The notes beneath the pieces were generated by a model. That model searched no databases and was not told where the DNA came from. It saw only the letters and a list, made by a program, of their open reading frames with translations. From the NCBI GenBank assembly GCA_029953675.1, contig JAMWBK010000012.1, positions 868,001-932,000 on the forward strand: a stretch of DNA of 64,000 nucleotides, read 5' to 3'. Shown piece after piece: positions 38,401 to 49,965 of this stretch (the first letter of the stretch is position 1; each line of letters starts with the position of its first letter). Source of the stretch: Rhodosorus marinus CCMP1338 (Eukaryota; Plantae; Rhodophyta). The translations under genes and the position numbers were made by a program.

Positions 38401-39168
38401 CAGGCCTTCCCGACCCCATGCCAGTATGGCACCATACGCCAGTAAAGTCTTCGGAAATCTTTTCCCGCGGACGCAATCCGTGACAGAGGGGGGCTCTGCG
38501 GCGGTTGAAGATCTTCGACTACAGACGCACATAGTGACAATAAGAACCTAGAATACACGTGAATCACGCGCAAACGCTCCATCGACGTCGTCACAGTCCC
38601 CCTCCTCCCCCCCCCGTTCCCAAGACTTTCTAGGACGTGCGTTTACCAATGTCCAATTTTATACCCAAGCATGTCCTACATCTCACCCGACGTTGACCCA
38701 AAATCCTAGATCTTATTTCAAATATTCAAACATAGCCTATATCAGGGGGTTAGTACTGCGTGCTAATTCCGAGCGCGGCTACACGGACGTACTATTTTTA
38801 AGATTAACATCTATTTTCTTTTATGTAATTCATATTATCATGTCCTAAAACTTAATTTCAAGGATATTTAAGTCATTTTTGTCATTGTTTTGGTTTATCG
38901 TGGTAAAAGGTGGGGTTGGAAGATTTGGTTTTGGTGTGGCTTGGGGAGGGTGCGAATGGATAGGAAAAAAAGCCAAACCATTGATTTTGATAGTGTCTGG
39001 AGGGATTTTGGGTTTCTCGGGCTGTGGCGATAGTACTTGAACGCGCTCTTATGGAGGTGTTTATGTTTGGAATTGGGTAGCAATAGCATTAGGGTGTGGT
39101 TAAGGAGGGAAGCCATTTTTGCGGGATTTTTGTGGTCTTTGCTTTTTGGTGGGTTTGGGATGGGACGG

Positions 39169-40752
39169 ATGGGATTTGTTTGTGGATTGGGTGGCGGAGG
39201 GAAGGAATGGAGGGGAAGATGTGCGAGTTCGGGGAGGCGGAGGGCGGGAGGATGGGTGAGAATGGATGCCGGAGTTGGGAACGGGGATGATGGAATGTAT
39301 GATTTGCGGCGAGCTTTTGGGGCGTTGTCAGATGAGACCAAGGTTGGTGCGGTGATTGAGGCATTGTGCAGTGAAGGCAAGGTTGCGGAGTCTGTACAGG
39401 CGTTGGAACAGGTTTATGGAACTGGAAGGGCCAAGGTTCCGAACAAGACCAAGACGGTACGTCTTGCCCACAGTCATCAGCCTTTCGAGAGCTCCACAAA
39501 CGCTTAGAGGTACGGCTCTTTGCCGTTTATGCGAACAGGTCATGATCGATGCAGCTGTGACCTCCGGTGATACCTCCAACATCAGTCTCGTCATGACAGC
39601 TCTTGCCCCCACCCTTAACGGCTATGGCGTATCCACTTGTGCCTACAAACCCGAAGCCTCAAAGATGGAGATCCCAGACCAACAGAGACAGAGCGCCGTC
39701 CTCTACGCCACGACATTTCTCAGCGTAAACATCGTCAGTATTGGTCTTGAGGTACAGCGATATCCCCGGTCAACTCATCGAGATCCCTTTCTTTATGATC
39801 TGATCGATTACTACTTACTTCCGCATAGCTCGTGGACGTGACTACGGGCGTCGATACCGATATCCCAGGCGAACTCTTCCTCCTCGAAGTGCTTTTCCTC
39901 TTCGCTGATGTGTTCCTTTGGAGACGAGATGCGATAAAGAAGGTCATGGACGGACTTCAGAGGATCTTCGAGAAGGATAATATCAGAAAATGTCGAGTCG
40001 AAGCCTCCTCCTTCGTCGCCGCTTACCTTCTTGGTGTCCCTCTTCTTTGTTATCGACCATCAAGAGAATCGGTAAGTCCTGAATCCATCCAAGCTTGCAG
40101 ATCAAGACTCGGCCTAGCGAAGCCTAGTTCACCTTCGTCCTTGTGGCTTTCCAGATGGCCCTCATCGAAGCTAAAGACAATCTCGACAAGCTCCTAGTCT
40201 GGGCGATGGCGGGTCCAGCGAGCGAAGTACAGATCGATGGAAAACTTATCGAAACAGACGAAACCGTCGCTTTGAACCTTTTGAAGTCGCTCCCAACTTC
40301 CATGAGGCGGGGTCTAGGTAAGCATGCTGACTGAGAATCGCTGGATCTATCCATTGGAGATAGAGTGATGGGAATCGCCCACTATCTCCACCCACCATCT
40401 CCACCGGAAACAGGGTGAAGGGAGTTTTCTCACCATCTCCACTGGAGATAGCGAACAGTTCTTTCCGCACAACGTCGCTACCCGCTTCAGATCTTCTTCG
40501 TCAATGTCGGGAACGTCTCTTCTCCTGTCTTCTAACCCGTCCGCTGGTTTACGAATAGGACTAACCGGAGAGGAGGAGGCGCTGAACAGAGTTCGATGGG
40601 CACTAGCAGAGGCATCGAAACTGCTTCAATTCCATTCTGGTTTACTCGCCGAGGTGGAGAGACGGATGCTTGCTGGAGCTTCTGTTGGGGAGTGCGTCCA
40701 GTTCGTTGAGCAGTTGGCAAGTGGTACTCCGCCTTCCCCCGCACGAGCCTGA
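39169..40752 (+). CDS. Plastid-targeted peptidase M41-like (VIR3/AT5G27290-type) protein with a degenerate HExxH, multi-exon
   Basis: MGFV presequence; RKCRVEASSFVAAYLLGVP at the HEAGH-F-AYLLG position; MAGPASE; RWALAEASKLL...ASVGECVQFVE C-terminus. Confidence 0.65.
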
Positions 40753-41711
40753 ACCCAGTAGCGGAAGGGTGTGAACTCTGGTCGGCTCCCCCAGAATGGA
40801 CTCCGGTCTTGACAAAGGTGTCTTGATCACTTGCGACAGATGAGGATAGGATCTTTCTCGCGTATAGGAGGAGCAGGCGGGAAGTTGGTTTTTCGGTTTT
40901 GGAATGTACAAAGACATCGATCAAGAAGAAAGACAAGGGTGTCTTTCGGAACCAAAGACTACCTGAGCCGTGTTGATGATTCGATGGACTTTGTCGATCT
41001 TAACAGCCACGCGAAGTGGCAGTGATGAATTTGTATAGGATGAGTCAGCACGCTCTCAGTGCAGAGCTAGCTAGGCTCCTTTTCGTAGCAAAAATAGAAG
41101 GTAGGTAGTTCAGTAGGTATTTTAGTATTAGGCCACTCTTCCCCCCTGTTTGCCTCGTCGTCGTTTGTGTCCGGCGACGAGGTTTGCTTTCGCGTTCGGC
41201 ACTTTTCTTTGTAAATAGACGTTTTTCATACCATGTTCACTGTCTTCGCCGCACCGGGCTGAAGTGAGTGTCGATGTAGGGCGATTCGAAACAGCTCCAT
41301 CTTGCGCCAGGCCTTTAGGCCCTTCCCATCGATACTCGTGGTATTCTTCTTCTTCTTCTTCTTGGAATTCACCCACATGCGGCACGTGCGCGAGTTAACG
41401 GTGCCTGATGACCCCTGTGCCAGTTGGGTGGGCACCTCCGAGTGTCGCCGTTAAGAAACGGAAAATCTATACCTCCCCCCCCTTGAAGGGACTGGGGAAT
41501 CAGATAGAGCTTTCCCTTCTTCTTCAAGTTGTTTCACTTTTCTAGTTTGTAAATAGAAGGCTTTTCTAGTTTAATCGCTTTTCACATCTCCTCAGTGGCC
41601 TCGTCTTCATCATCAGGGATTCACCAAGGCATGTCACGTATGGGAGTTGACGATGCCTGACGGCTAAGGGCGTGCATCGGGCGTGTATGTGTGTATGAGT
41701 GTGGATGCCGT

Positions 41712-42461
41712 TTAGATGACCATATTGTCCAAGTCATCTTCATCTTCATGCAGCTCCTTGTTCTCAAAGTTGGAGCGAATCGTTTCTCCTAGACCGTCCC
41801 ATTCGCCGCCTTGTACCGGCAGCTGCTGTAAGCTGCTGTCGTTCTGCGATAGGTTTTCGCAGGAGATTCGGAGAACATGTTCAGCGCCCAGCTGTACCGG
41901 TACTGGTCGTCTCGGAGAGTGCTTTTGTGTAAGCCTACCTCGACGATAGATTCTGCCCTGAAAACAGCACAGAGCTGTGAAGGTTTGAAGCACCCCGCTT
42001 GGATGAGAACTAGCTGCGGAACGTGGATAATCTTGTAGAGCGGATCTTCGAGGTACCGGTCGAAGCCCGTCGGTACACCGCGTGGGGTGGCCTCCGTCCA
42101 GCTCCGGGGTTTGAACAGAACTCCAGTAAATTTGGGGTTCACAGAGTTCGTGGACAAGGCGATTTTGTTGAGATACTCCTCATCTAAGACAGCACACGAC
42201 AGGCCGTATCAGAACCCCCGTTACTACCAAAGCTCTCTCTTTAAAAACCAAAATTGCGTAGCTCAACATACCGTTCAACTGGCTCGCTATTCCCTCTCGA
42301 ACCTCATCAGCGAGCTCGAATGAAGAATCCACCGGCGCCGGCGTCTCAATCGAGTTGAAAACCCGACATCGGTACGAGGCAGATCGACCGCGACAGGTCG
42401 AAGCCTGCTCACGTCCAGACTTCAACGAAGAGCTACCGACTCCAATCACAAATCCAAACAT
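41712..42461 (-). CDS. Hypothetical multi-exon protein (unassigned)
   Basis: Consecutive minus-strand ORFs with plausible splice signals and an acidic C-terminus; no family recognised. Confidence 0.25.
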
Positions 42462-42830
42462 GGTTTCACAGCTACTCTTTTACAAGAAGCAAAAGCCTGA
42501 TAAGAAAAAGTTTGTTATCCTCGACGTAAACACAACGAGAAGACCTCCCTGGAGCGCCACCCGGACAGGATCGCGGAGATATCACGATTGATTTTTACGG
42601 CTCTCCGGACGACGGGTGGAAGGGATTGTGGGTCTGGTTTTGGCTTGCAAGGAAACCACATCACTGTTGTATCTGGTTGTAAAGGATATGACCTAGAATT
42701 GGTTTTCATGGGCGAGCTCTGCGCGATTTGGGCTTGGGTTTCCTTTGGAACCCGACCGAATGGAATGCGTGTCAATTGATCGTCCGGGTGAGACAGGAAG
42801 AAGGAGGGTTTGGAGATGAGCGTCAGGTTG

Positions 42831-43140
42831 CGGTTTTCAGGCAGAAAATACCAGCTTGGTTAAAAGAAAACGGCTATCCCAAAGGAGCCTTTAAAGCACA
42901 GCAAAATAACAGCTAGAAGGCTTGCCCGCAGGCCATCGAAACCACCGCCAGCTGGGACGGAGACAAGCGATTGATATACGCCTCTCTCTCGGAACGACGA
43001 TGGACGTTCGAGGATAAGCGCCAGCTTGTAGCTTTTAGGTAGACCACACCAGATTGGTGAAAAGAAAAGCTATCCTCCCATGAAGCTTGTTAACCAAAAC
43101 GAAACAACAGCTTGAAGGCTTCCCATAATGGCATCAAATA
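42831..43140. repeat. Diverged tandem duplication, period about 188 bp
   Basis: CG(T/C)CAG(G/C)TTG...TTT(C/T)AGG...ACCAG...TTGGT(T/G)AAAAGAAAA...AACAGCT(A/T)GAAGGCTT...GCCATC/GGCATC is present twice. Confidence 0.7.
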
Positions 43141-43619
43141 CCCTAATTGATCGCTGGAGATGTCTGGATTGATGAATTGCTCTAGAAGAGCGACTGCTGG
43201 AGGTCCGAAGCGTGGGGATGAGCCTCAAGTTATGATTTTCAGGGAGGACACACCGGCTTGGCCAAAGCCGGCCAAGATCGCCTCGTGTGAAGCGACTGAA
43301 AGGCGGAAGTTTTCTGGATCTAAGCCGGGTTGTGCTTTAGGGCAACAACGAGAGTCGCTTATTCAAACCGGCAGAGTTGATTGGCCGTAAAGCGATGCGC
43401 TCCCTTGTCATGTAAAATCCTGTCCTCAGTTTGCAACAATCCTTCTGACTCAACGAAACTTCTTACTTCTTATTCAAAGTCGGATCAACAAGCACAAATG
43501 GGAAAGAAACAGGCGATTAACTTTCAGAGGATGGACGACATCATTTGCACTTTTTATAATTTTTTACACTCGTAACTTTTTTTTTGTGGTACCCCTACAA
43601 ATGGGAGTGCTGTCTGCCC

Positions 43620-44160
43620 CCCACGCCTGCACAACGTCGCGGTGGGTACCTCTGGTTCAATGCGCCGACTGAAGGAGTCTCAGTACGCTGAGGTGATGAC
43701 TCAGCCAACCTCCTGTAACTCGGGGATCGTCTCATCGGTTTGCACCACTGGTCATCGAGTCCTTTGTTGTTTTAGACAGTGCTGCTTTTCGCTGGCTCCG
43801 TGATTTTCTGCTATAATGCCCCTGGCCGTCTTGACAGCCTCCTCACGGAGCCGTCTCTGAATCTCTGGCATGCGAACGCTGACTTTTTGTCGTTGGACGC
43901 GCCGCGTCATCAGCGTCTCCCTTTCCGCTCCTCAGGATAGTAGTTAGGCTTTGAATAAATGGATGATGATTGATAGGCGGGTAGGTTCTCGTTGGCTTAA
44001 TGCTCTCTTTCGTAGCGACCCAGGGCGCCTCGATAGCCTCCTCACGGAGCTGTCCTTGAAACTCTGTCGTTCAAACGCCGCTGTCTTGCTGGACGCGCGT
44101 CATCAGCGTCTTGTTTCTAGCTTTTCAGGATAGTTAGGCTCTGAATACACTGATCATCAC
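43620..44160 (+). mobile_element. Two tandem, diverged 3' fragments of the CRE-like family A
   Basis: Both end CAGGATAG(TAG)TTAGGCT(T/C)TGAATA...GAT(GAT/CAT) and encode the RLE C-terminus (LTELSL.L...NA..LLDARHQRL). Confidence 0.85.
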
Positions 44161-45562
44161 CACAGATTCCGGTCGTAGATATGCCGCCGCGAATGCTATG
44201 CAATTGGAGAAGGAGTTCGAGAGGACAGAGGCGCTTACCAACGCCGAGTCTTTGCAGTTTGCGCGTAGCTAGTGGTTTGCCTGATTGGTTCTAAGGGTCT
44301 ACGGTTTCCTCTTGTTTTCCCGCCTCTCCACGATTGGTCGATGGTCCCAAGGCAAGTGAATAAAAATAAATTATATACGAAAAACAATTACAATTTTTAA
44401 CCAATAATATATTCACACGCGTCGTTATTTTGACTGTTCTGTTCTCCGCTATTTTCAATTATTTTTGACAACATTCCCCCACCTTCGCAGCAAACAAATG
44501 GTAAATGGCCATTTAGTTTCCATTATTCAGTTGAATGCTCACAATGCCCCCTCCCCTCCAGGGGTTAGGTAAGTCGCCACGTTAGCCAGACCATTTCCTC
44601 AATCGGGGTAATCTAGAGCCCCTTCTTTGTAATGCACACCATAACCCCCCGTTCAAAAGCTACGTTCGATTGAAGTATTTATGGGATTAAGTTACTGATT
44701 ATCGATAAATGGCATAGACAGCTTTGGGAATATGAGGGGTAGGGGATAAGAGGTTGGTACCCCCCAAAAATGGACATTATTTCACCAGGAAGGGCGCAAA
44801 AACTATATAAGCTTCATCATATAGAGACTGAAAATATAGTCTATTACAACGTAAGTATTTAATTAAAATTCTGTTAAATCATGTTTTGTGTAGAACAGAC
44901 TGAATTTTTTTGGATGACGCTTAGACGTGAAAAAGTATCAGTTGTCAATTTCCTATATGACGGATAAACTGTCCATGCGATGATAATGTTCAGTATAAGA
45001 GTTACTGAAAAGAGATTGAGTACGAAGGCTATATGCGCATAAACAGACATTTATAGCCTATAAGTGAACATATTGACTGAATATTCTGATAACTGTTAAC
45101 TTGATTATTTCGGGTGAAGGTTGTAAATATACGTCTGGCCGACGCTTAGGAATGAATGGGGTGTAGGGGATGTAAAGGTTGGTAAACCTTTGGCGGATCT
45201 GGAGAGAGAGGAATGACTTGAGCAAGATGTTTCGTATCGTTCAGGGAAAGGAAAGTTATTAAAAAGCGAATCGATCGCTGAAGACTGTTTTTGTCAAGTG
45301 GATTGATCTAGACCTCAAGCCGAAGCGTTTGGGTAGAGGTGTTGCAAAGCGAAGGAGGAGGCAGACTTGATTGATTTTGGAGAGGATCGGAGGGTTAAAT
45401 GCTTATGCGACGGTTTGGACGGGATCTTTGAAGATTTTTCTTTTATGATAGGACTGTATTTTACGCGATTTTCGGGGTTTGGCGTTTAGATTTGGCAAAT
45501 TATAGTGCTGCGGAGGGTGGCGCCGCTGTGTTCTAGTTGGGAACGGGCTCCGGTGTTTCGAA

Positions 45563-46527
45563 ATGGAGAACCGAAGGACTTTGGCCGTTTTAGGAGCGCG
45601 TGGAGTGGGTGAGTCACTTCACTCAGAGAGTAACCAGAACGTGGAGATTGTATTTCTTTCGCGCTGATCACGGAACCGCGCTTTTTCTCCATCAACCCCA
45701 CAATCCAGGAAAGTCATCGGTCGTCGAGAGATTCTGCTACAACCGTTTCTATGACAACTACAACCCGACTATTATGGTAAACGCTGCCATCTGCTACCAC
45801 GCTACCACCACACCCATCAAGGGCAGCACTGGCACGCAACCAGGCATCTGATCCGATCCAACTGCGCGCGTGTCTTCTTCCCATTCTTTCTACAGGCAAT
45901 GGAGCACGTAACTCTGAAGATTGACGGCAAACAGTATCAATGTGACATTATGGATCCAGTGAGCCATTTCATTCAGTTCACCTAGCATTTGTCTCTTTCC
46001 CGACGCTCTCGAGGTTGCCACCCTCTGGCCGGCTCAGATTTGTCCAACCCCGCGATTTTTAGCTGGCGGTCTCGTGCTTGCATCTCTACCCTACGCTTCT
46101 GACGCTTGCTAAACCTCCTCCTCAACTTGGCTGGATTCGTTGGTGTTAGGCCGGACAGGATGATTTCTCGACTCTTGGGCCGAACGTAACGATTGGAGTT
46201 CATGGATACATTCTGGTGTTCTCTGTGAGGGAGAGGGGATCATTTGAGATGCTTCCAGGCTTGAACAGTAATCTTCTGGTAGCCTTGAGTGGTCAGAAGG
46301 TACCGACGCTTCTGGTTGGGAACCAGAGCGACTGCGGTACTAATGAAAGGCAGGTGTCGGTGGAGGAGGGAAAGCAACTTGGAAAGGAATTGAAGATTAA
46401 CTATGTAGAGTGCTCGGCGAAGAGCGGAGAAGGTGTGAAGGAGGTTTTCGTCACCCTCCTCAGGGATGTGAACCGTACAATTGCTGACGAAGTCGTCGAT
46501 GAAGGATTCAAGTGCAGTATCAGCTGA
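45563..46527 (+). CDS. RHEB: Rheb-like small GTPase, 4 exons
   Basis: MENRRTLAVLGARGVG|KSS (Arg at the Ras-G12 position), YNPTI, DIMDP|AGQDD, HGYILVFSV, LVGNQSD, ECSAK, CaaX-type end CSIS. Confidence 0.85.
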
Positions 46528-47072
46528 AGCATTAGAAACGACAATTGCGCATCCCGCAGTCGTTGTTGGCCGAGAGTTTGGTCAAGGGCGTCTTGTCGTG
46601 CAGATGGGATGCGAGGCGTTGTGTTCTGCGCCAGGGAGACAAGAGAATCTTGGTCGTTTCTAGAGAAACCGGACTTCTCTCGCCGGCAGTACGATTGCGT
46701 GTGTGTACTAGAGAAAGAACGTATGGATCGGGACACCTGGCTTACCTGTTGACAACCAATTTTTTTTTTTTTTCGTAACGTAATCAGATCCACTCCGAGC
46801 ATAACTTGACTCACCCCCCAACTCCTAATAAAAGCCCAATAAGCAAGCTCGAGGAGACAATGGTAGGGTTTTCATACGAAAACGCTCCTATGCTGCTAAA
46901 ATAAGATCGGTTTCCCCCAACGTCTTGACACAGTCGGTATCTGATGATCACTACATATTCTGACGCACCTCAGTCCATGAATTGTATGGTTCAACTAGTG
47001 ACCTCCTCACCGCGCGCTGTACTTCGCCATCCGTCTTCGGTGGTTTAGTGCTATCAGAGTAATTAGCCTCTG

Positions 47073-47375
47073 TCAAATACACTTGTCTTGTACTTCGCTC
47101 AGCTGATCCGTTGTTCTCGGTATCTTGCACCCTGCAGTCGTAAATGAGGTGGCCTGGCTGGTTGCAGGATAGGCGAGCTCTTTCTTTCCTGCAGCCTCCG
47201 TAGTCGCGGCCCCAGCCGCCTTTGCAGGCGAAGAGGGTTTTATCCCGATGGCCTCCGAACTATATGGAAGACTTGCAGCGTCAGACGTGCAAAGGCTCAC
47301 GAGGCATCTAGGCTCTGACCCTACCGTCCTCAGCAAAGGTCTTGCCGCGATAAACCGCACCTTGTGGAGAGGCAT
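47073..47375 (-). CDS. Hypothetical ORF with a mitochondrial-presequence-like N-terminus
   Basis: The Arg/Leu/Ser-rich start MPLHKVRFIAARPLLRTV; no domain recognised, possibly spliced or decayed. Confidence 0.2.
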   Translation of the reverse strand: MPLHKVRFIAARPLLRTVGSEPRCLVSLCTSDAASLPYSSEAIGIKPSSPAKAAGAATTEAAGKKELAYPATSQATSFTTAGCKIPRTTDQLSEVQDKCI

Positions 47376-47669
47376 CTCTTGGGTCGCACATCGTAGCTAG
47401 GAGAGTACCGGTAGTTTTTGGTAGTTCCAGTTCCACCATTCTGTTTATTCAGAGCCAAGCTACCATGAGAAGCGAGAAACAAGCTGATGACGCATGTCCA
47501 ACAATAAAGCAGTGTTGGAACTCCACAGAGATGAAGTAGTTAGTGTTAGCTGATGAGTTGTCACACGCTGTGACTCCCCTTTCCTTCTCGTACGACACCC
47601 AACTGGGGTCGTTAGTTTTCCAGTGAACCAGAGCAGGCTCAAAGAAGCGTACATGCGGGAACGGAACAT

Positions 47670-47900
47670 CATGAATGAATTTGTTTAATCGGAGACTGGA
47701 AGAAAAAACCCCGAGGGGAAAAACGCGCGCCTACGACATCAAAGCAGGGTGCATATGCCACACCACTATACTTAAACGGGTAAACAACGACGGTAAGGGC
47801 GTTCGCGGACAATTCCCGAAGCCAACGAGAACCAACGGAATCCATAAACCCAACCCCCACAACCGAGCACCCCAAGCGCGTATCTAATATAAGAGAAGAC
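47670..47900 (-). mobile_element. 3' end of a related CRE subfamily (B)
   Basis: FMDSVGSRWLREL; ends ...CAGTCTCCGATTAAACAAATTCATTCATG, the same terminus as 59966-60320. Confidence 0.75.
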
Positions 47901-48389
47901 TTTTCAGAATTCACGTGGAGGGGAGAAGACCCAGACCAAACTTCCAGAGGGTGGAAGACATCATCCTCCGATTACTATCAGTCGATATAAATATTGAGGA
48001 AGAAGAGGTGGCGATTGAAGCTGCTGTCGGAACAGTTTGAAACAGTCAGAGTAACCAGCTTGGGTAGGAAGTATTCTCGTTCGCCAGACTACGAAGCGAT
48101 TAAAGAATACACGCGCAGATAACAAATGCTCTGAATACGCAGTCGATGATAACAAGTGCTTAACCACAACGCAATGATTGCAGCCGGCAAGGCCAAGAAA
48201 ACCAGAAACAATTGCATTAAAAAAAGGGCAACAGCCAGGGCGTCTTGATAGCCTCACGGAGCTGTCTTTGACCCTCTGGTGTTCCAACGCTGCTTTATCG
48301 TTGGACGCGCGTCATCAGCGTCTTGTCTCTAGGTTCTCAGGGTAGTTAGGCCGTGGGTAGTTAGGCTCTGAATAAACGGAGTAGTAAAA

Positions 48390-48620
48390 AAGAGCACGCC
48401 GAAATTGAATGCTGGAAAAAATGTGATTCGAAGATGCCGGAGTGCTAAAGAAACGACTAGCAAAGAAAAAAGGCGGCGCTTATAGCAGGTAATGGAAAAG
48501 TCGACAATGCAGAGGATTGGATAGTGGATTCAGCCGCGTCAAACCATATTTGCGCAGATCCCGGAATGTTTCACAGTCCTTCGAAAACAGGCGCCGGTAG
48601 CAATTACCATTATCTTTGAC
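48390..48620 (+). mobile_element. Ty1/Copia gag-protease fragment
   Basis: H.EIECW knuckle end, followed by EDWIVDSAASNHIC (Copia aspartic protease motif). Confidence 0.8.
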
Positions 48621-48939
48621 AGATCTCTGTTTTTTATTTTTCAGAGCCTAGCTACCCTGAGAAGCGAGAAACAAGACGCTGATGACGCGCGTCCAACGAT
48701 AAATCTCTTCACGTTCACTAAAAGCCTAACTACCCTGAGAAGCGAGAGACAAAGCGCTGACGACGCGCGTCTACAAACAAAGCAGCATTTGAGCGCCACG
48801 GGGTCAAAGAAAGCTCCGTGACCAGACTATCTAGACGCCCTGGGTCGTTGCGAAAGATACCTCGCAGCCAGCGAGAACCTACACACTTTCAAGCGGCAAC
48901 CCCACGCCCCAGGTCGTAAGCTTACACGAAGTTCGAGCT

Positions 48940-49965
48940 TGGGTTGGGCGCGATTGAGTTTGTTCGCGATCTTCGTGTGAGCTGCCATCTTTCTGCGGCT
49001 GTTCCTCGCCTTTCCCGGCGTTTCCGGGTCGTCCGCGAAGTGTTTTTTGGGTTGTTTTGGTCTGGGAAGGTGGTCTGGGAAGGTGGGAAGGGGGTAGGGG
49101 ATTGGTCTCATCTTGGCGTTGCTGTTTTGTTGGGCGATATTTCGGTCATCGGCGGTGCTTGTGGGGTTCACCTGGGCCACTCTTCCCCCAGCGTCCCTCT
49201 GAATTTCCGCTTCAGATGGTTTCGTCAACTGCCTCTCCGCAGTCAGTGGAGCTAGGACTCGGGAGATTCGGCACACTCGCCGAGCTACCAGGTTGCACCA
49301 AGGCTACTGCGGAAGCCTTAGTTGTCCAAATTACTCGCGCTGTTGCTGCTGCTGCTAAAGCCAACCGCCTCGCGGAGCTCGCTTCCACCCTGACTGCTTT
49401 TGCCGATGCCCAGTGCCCCGATGCCACGACGGTGGCCGCCGATGTCCCACTTGCGCGTGTCCCATCTGGGACAAACGCGGTTGCGACAGCTGTCCATGAG
49501 ACAGCTGTCCTCCCGAACCGATCTCGTCTGGGCGACTCATCTGTATCTGGTGATGATCCGTTTATTCAGAGGCTCTGGTCCCGTGCCCCCTGCCGCCGCT
49601 ACCCGCCCGGTGCGGCCTTCCTACTCCCAAGTGCTCCGTCGTGGGTCCGTCGAGGCCCGCGCGGAGGCCCTGGTACGTACATTCGATGATCCGTTTACGT
49701 ACATCCACTGCTGAGCCTGCCGTTGACTCTGTTCAACGGACCATATCTCCTCTCCGCTGGGTCTTGATGGCCAACGTGGGGCCCCAGCGCTCCTCGCGCT
49801 CCGGGGCCCGCATTCCTGTTCGCGATTTTCGTGACACGATGGCCTCGTGTCTCGGCGCGTCGCCCCGCGATTTTCTCTACGTTGCTTTTTCGGGACCCCA
49901 TGCTTGCTTCTTGGTGACAGATACTGCGCACCAAATCCTAGCTACTTTGTTGAAAACGCCTCCTT
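48940..49965 (+). mobile_element. Putative 5' UTR and N-terminal ORF of CRE family A (ATG 49216), interrupted by micro-insertions
   Basis: The segment 48940-49243 is repeated in inverted orientation at 52765-53053, directly upstream of RT. Removing the inserts at 49552 and 49683, each with one TSD copy, restores one frame: MVSSTASPQ...SVSG|PVPP...SYSQVLRRG...LVRT|STAEP... Confidence 0.65.

Noticed and set aside
48827-49276. Minus-strand hydrophilic ORF (KHFADDPETPGKARNSRRK...), also at 52777-53055, as a host gene
   Set aside because: It is the antisense reading of the repeated putative 5' UTR of the element, fused to element sequence.
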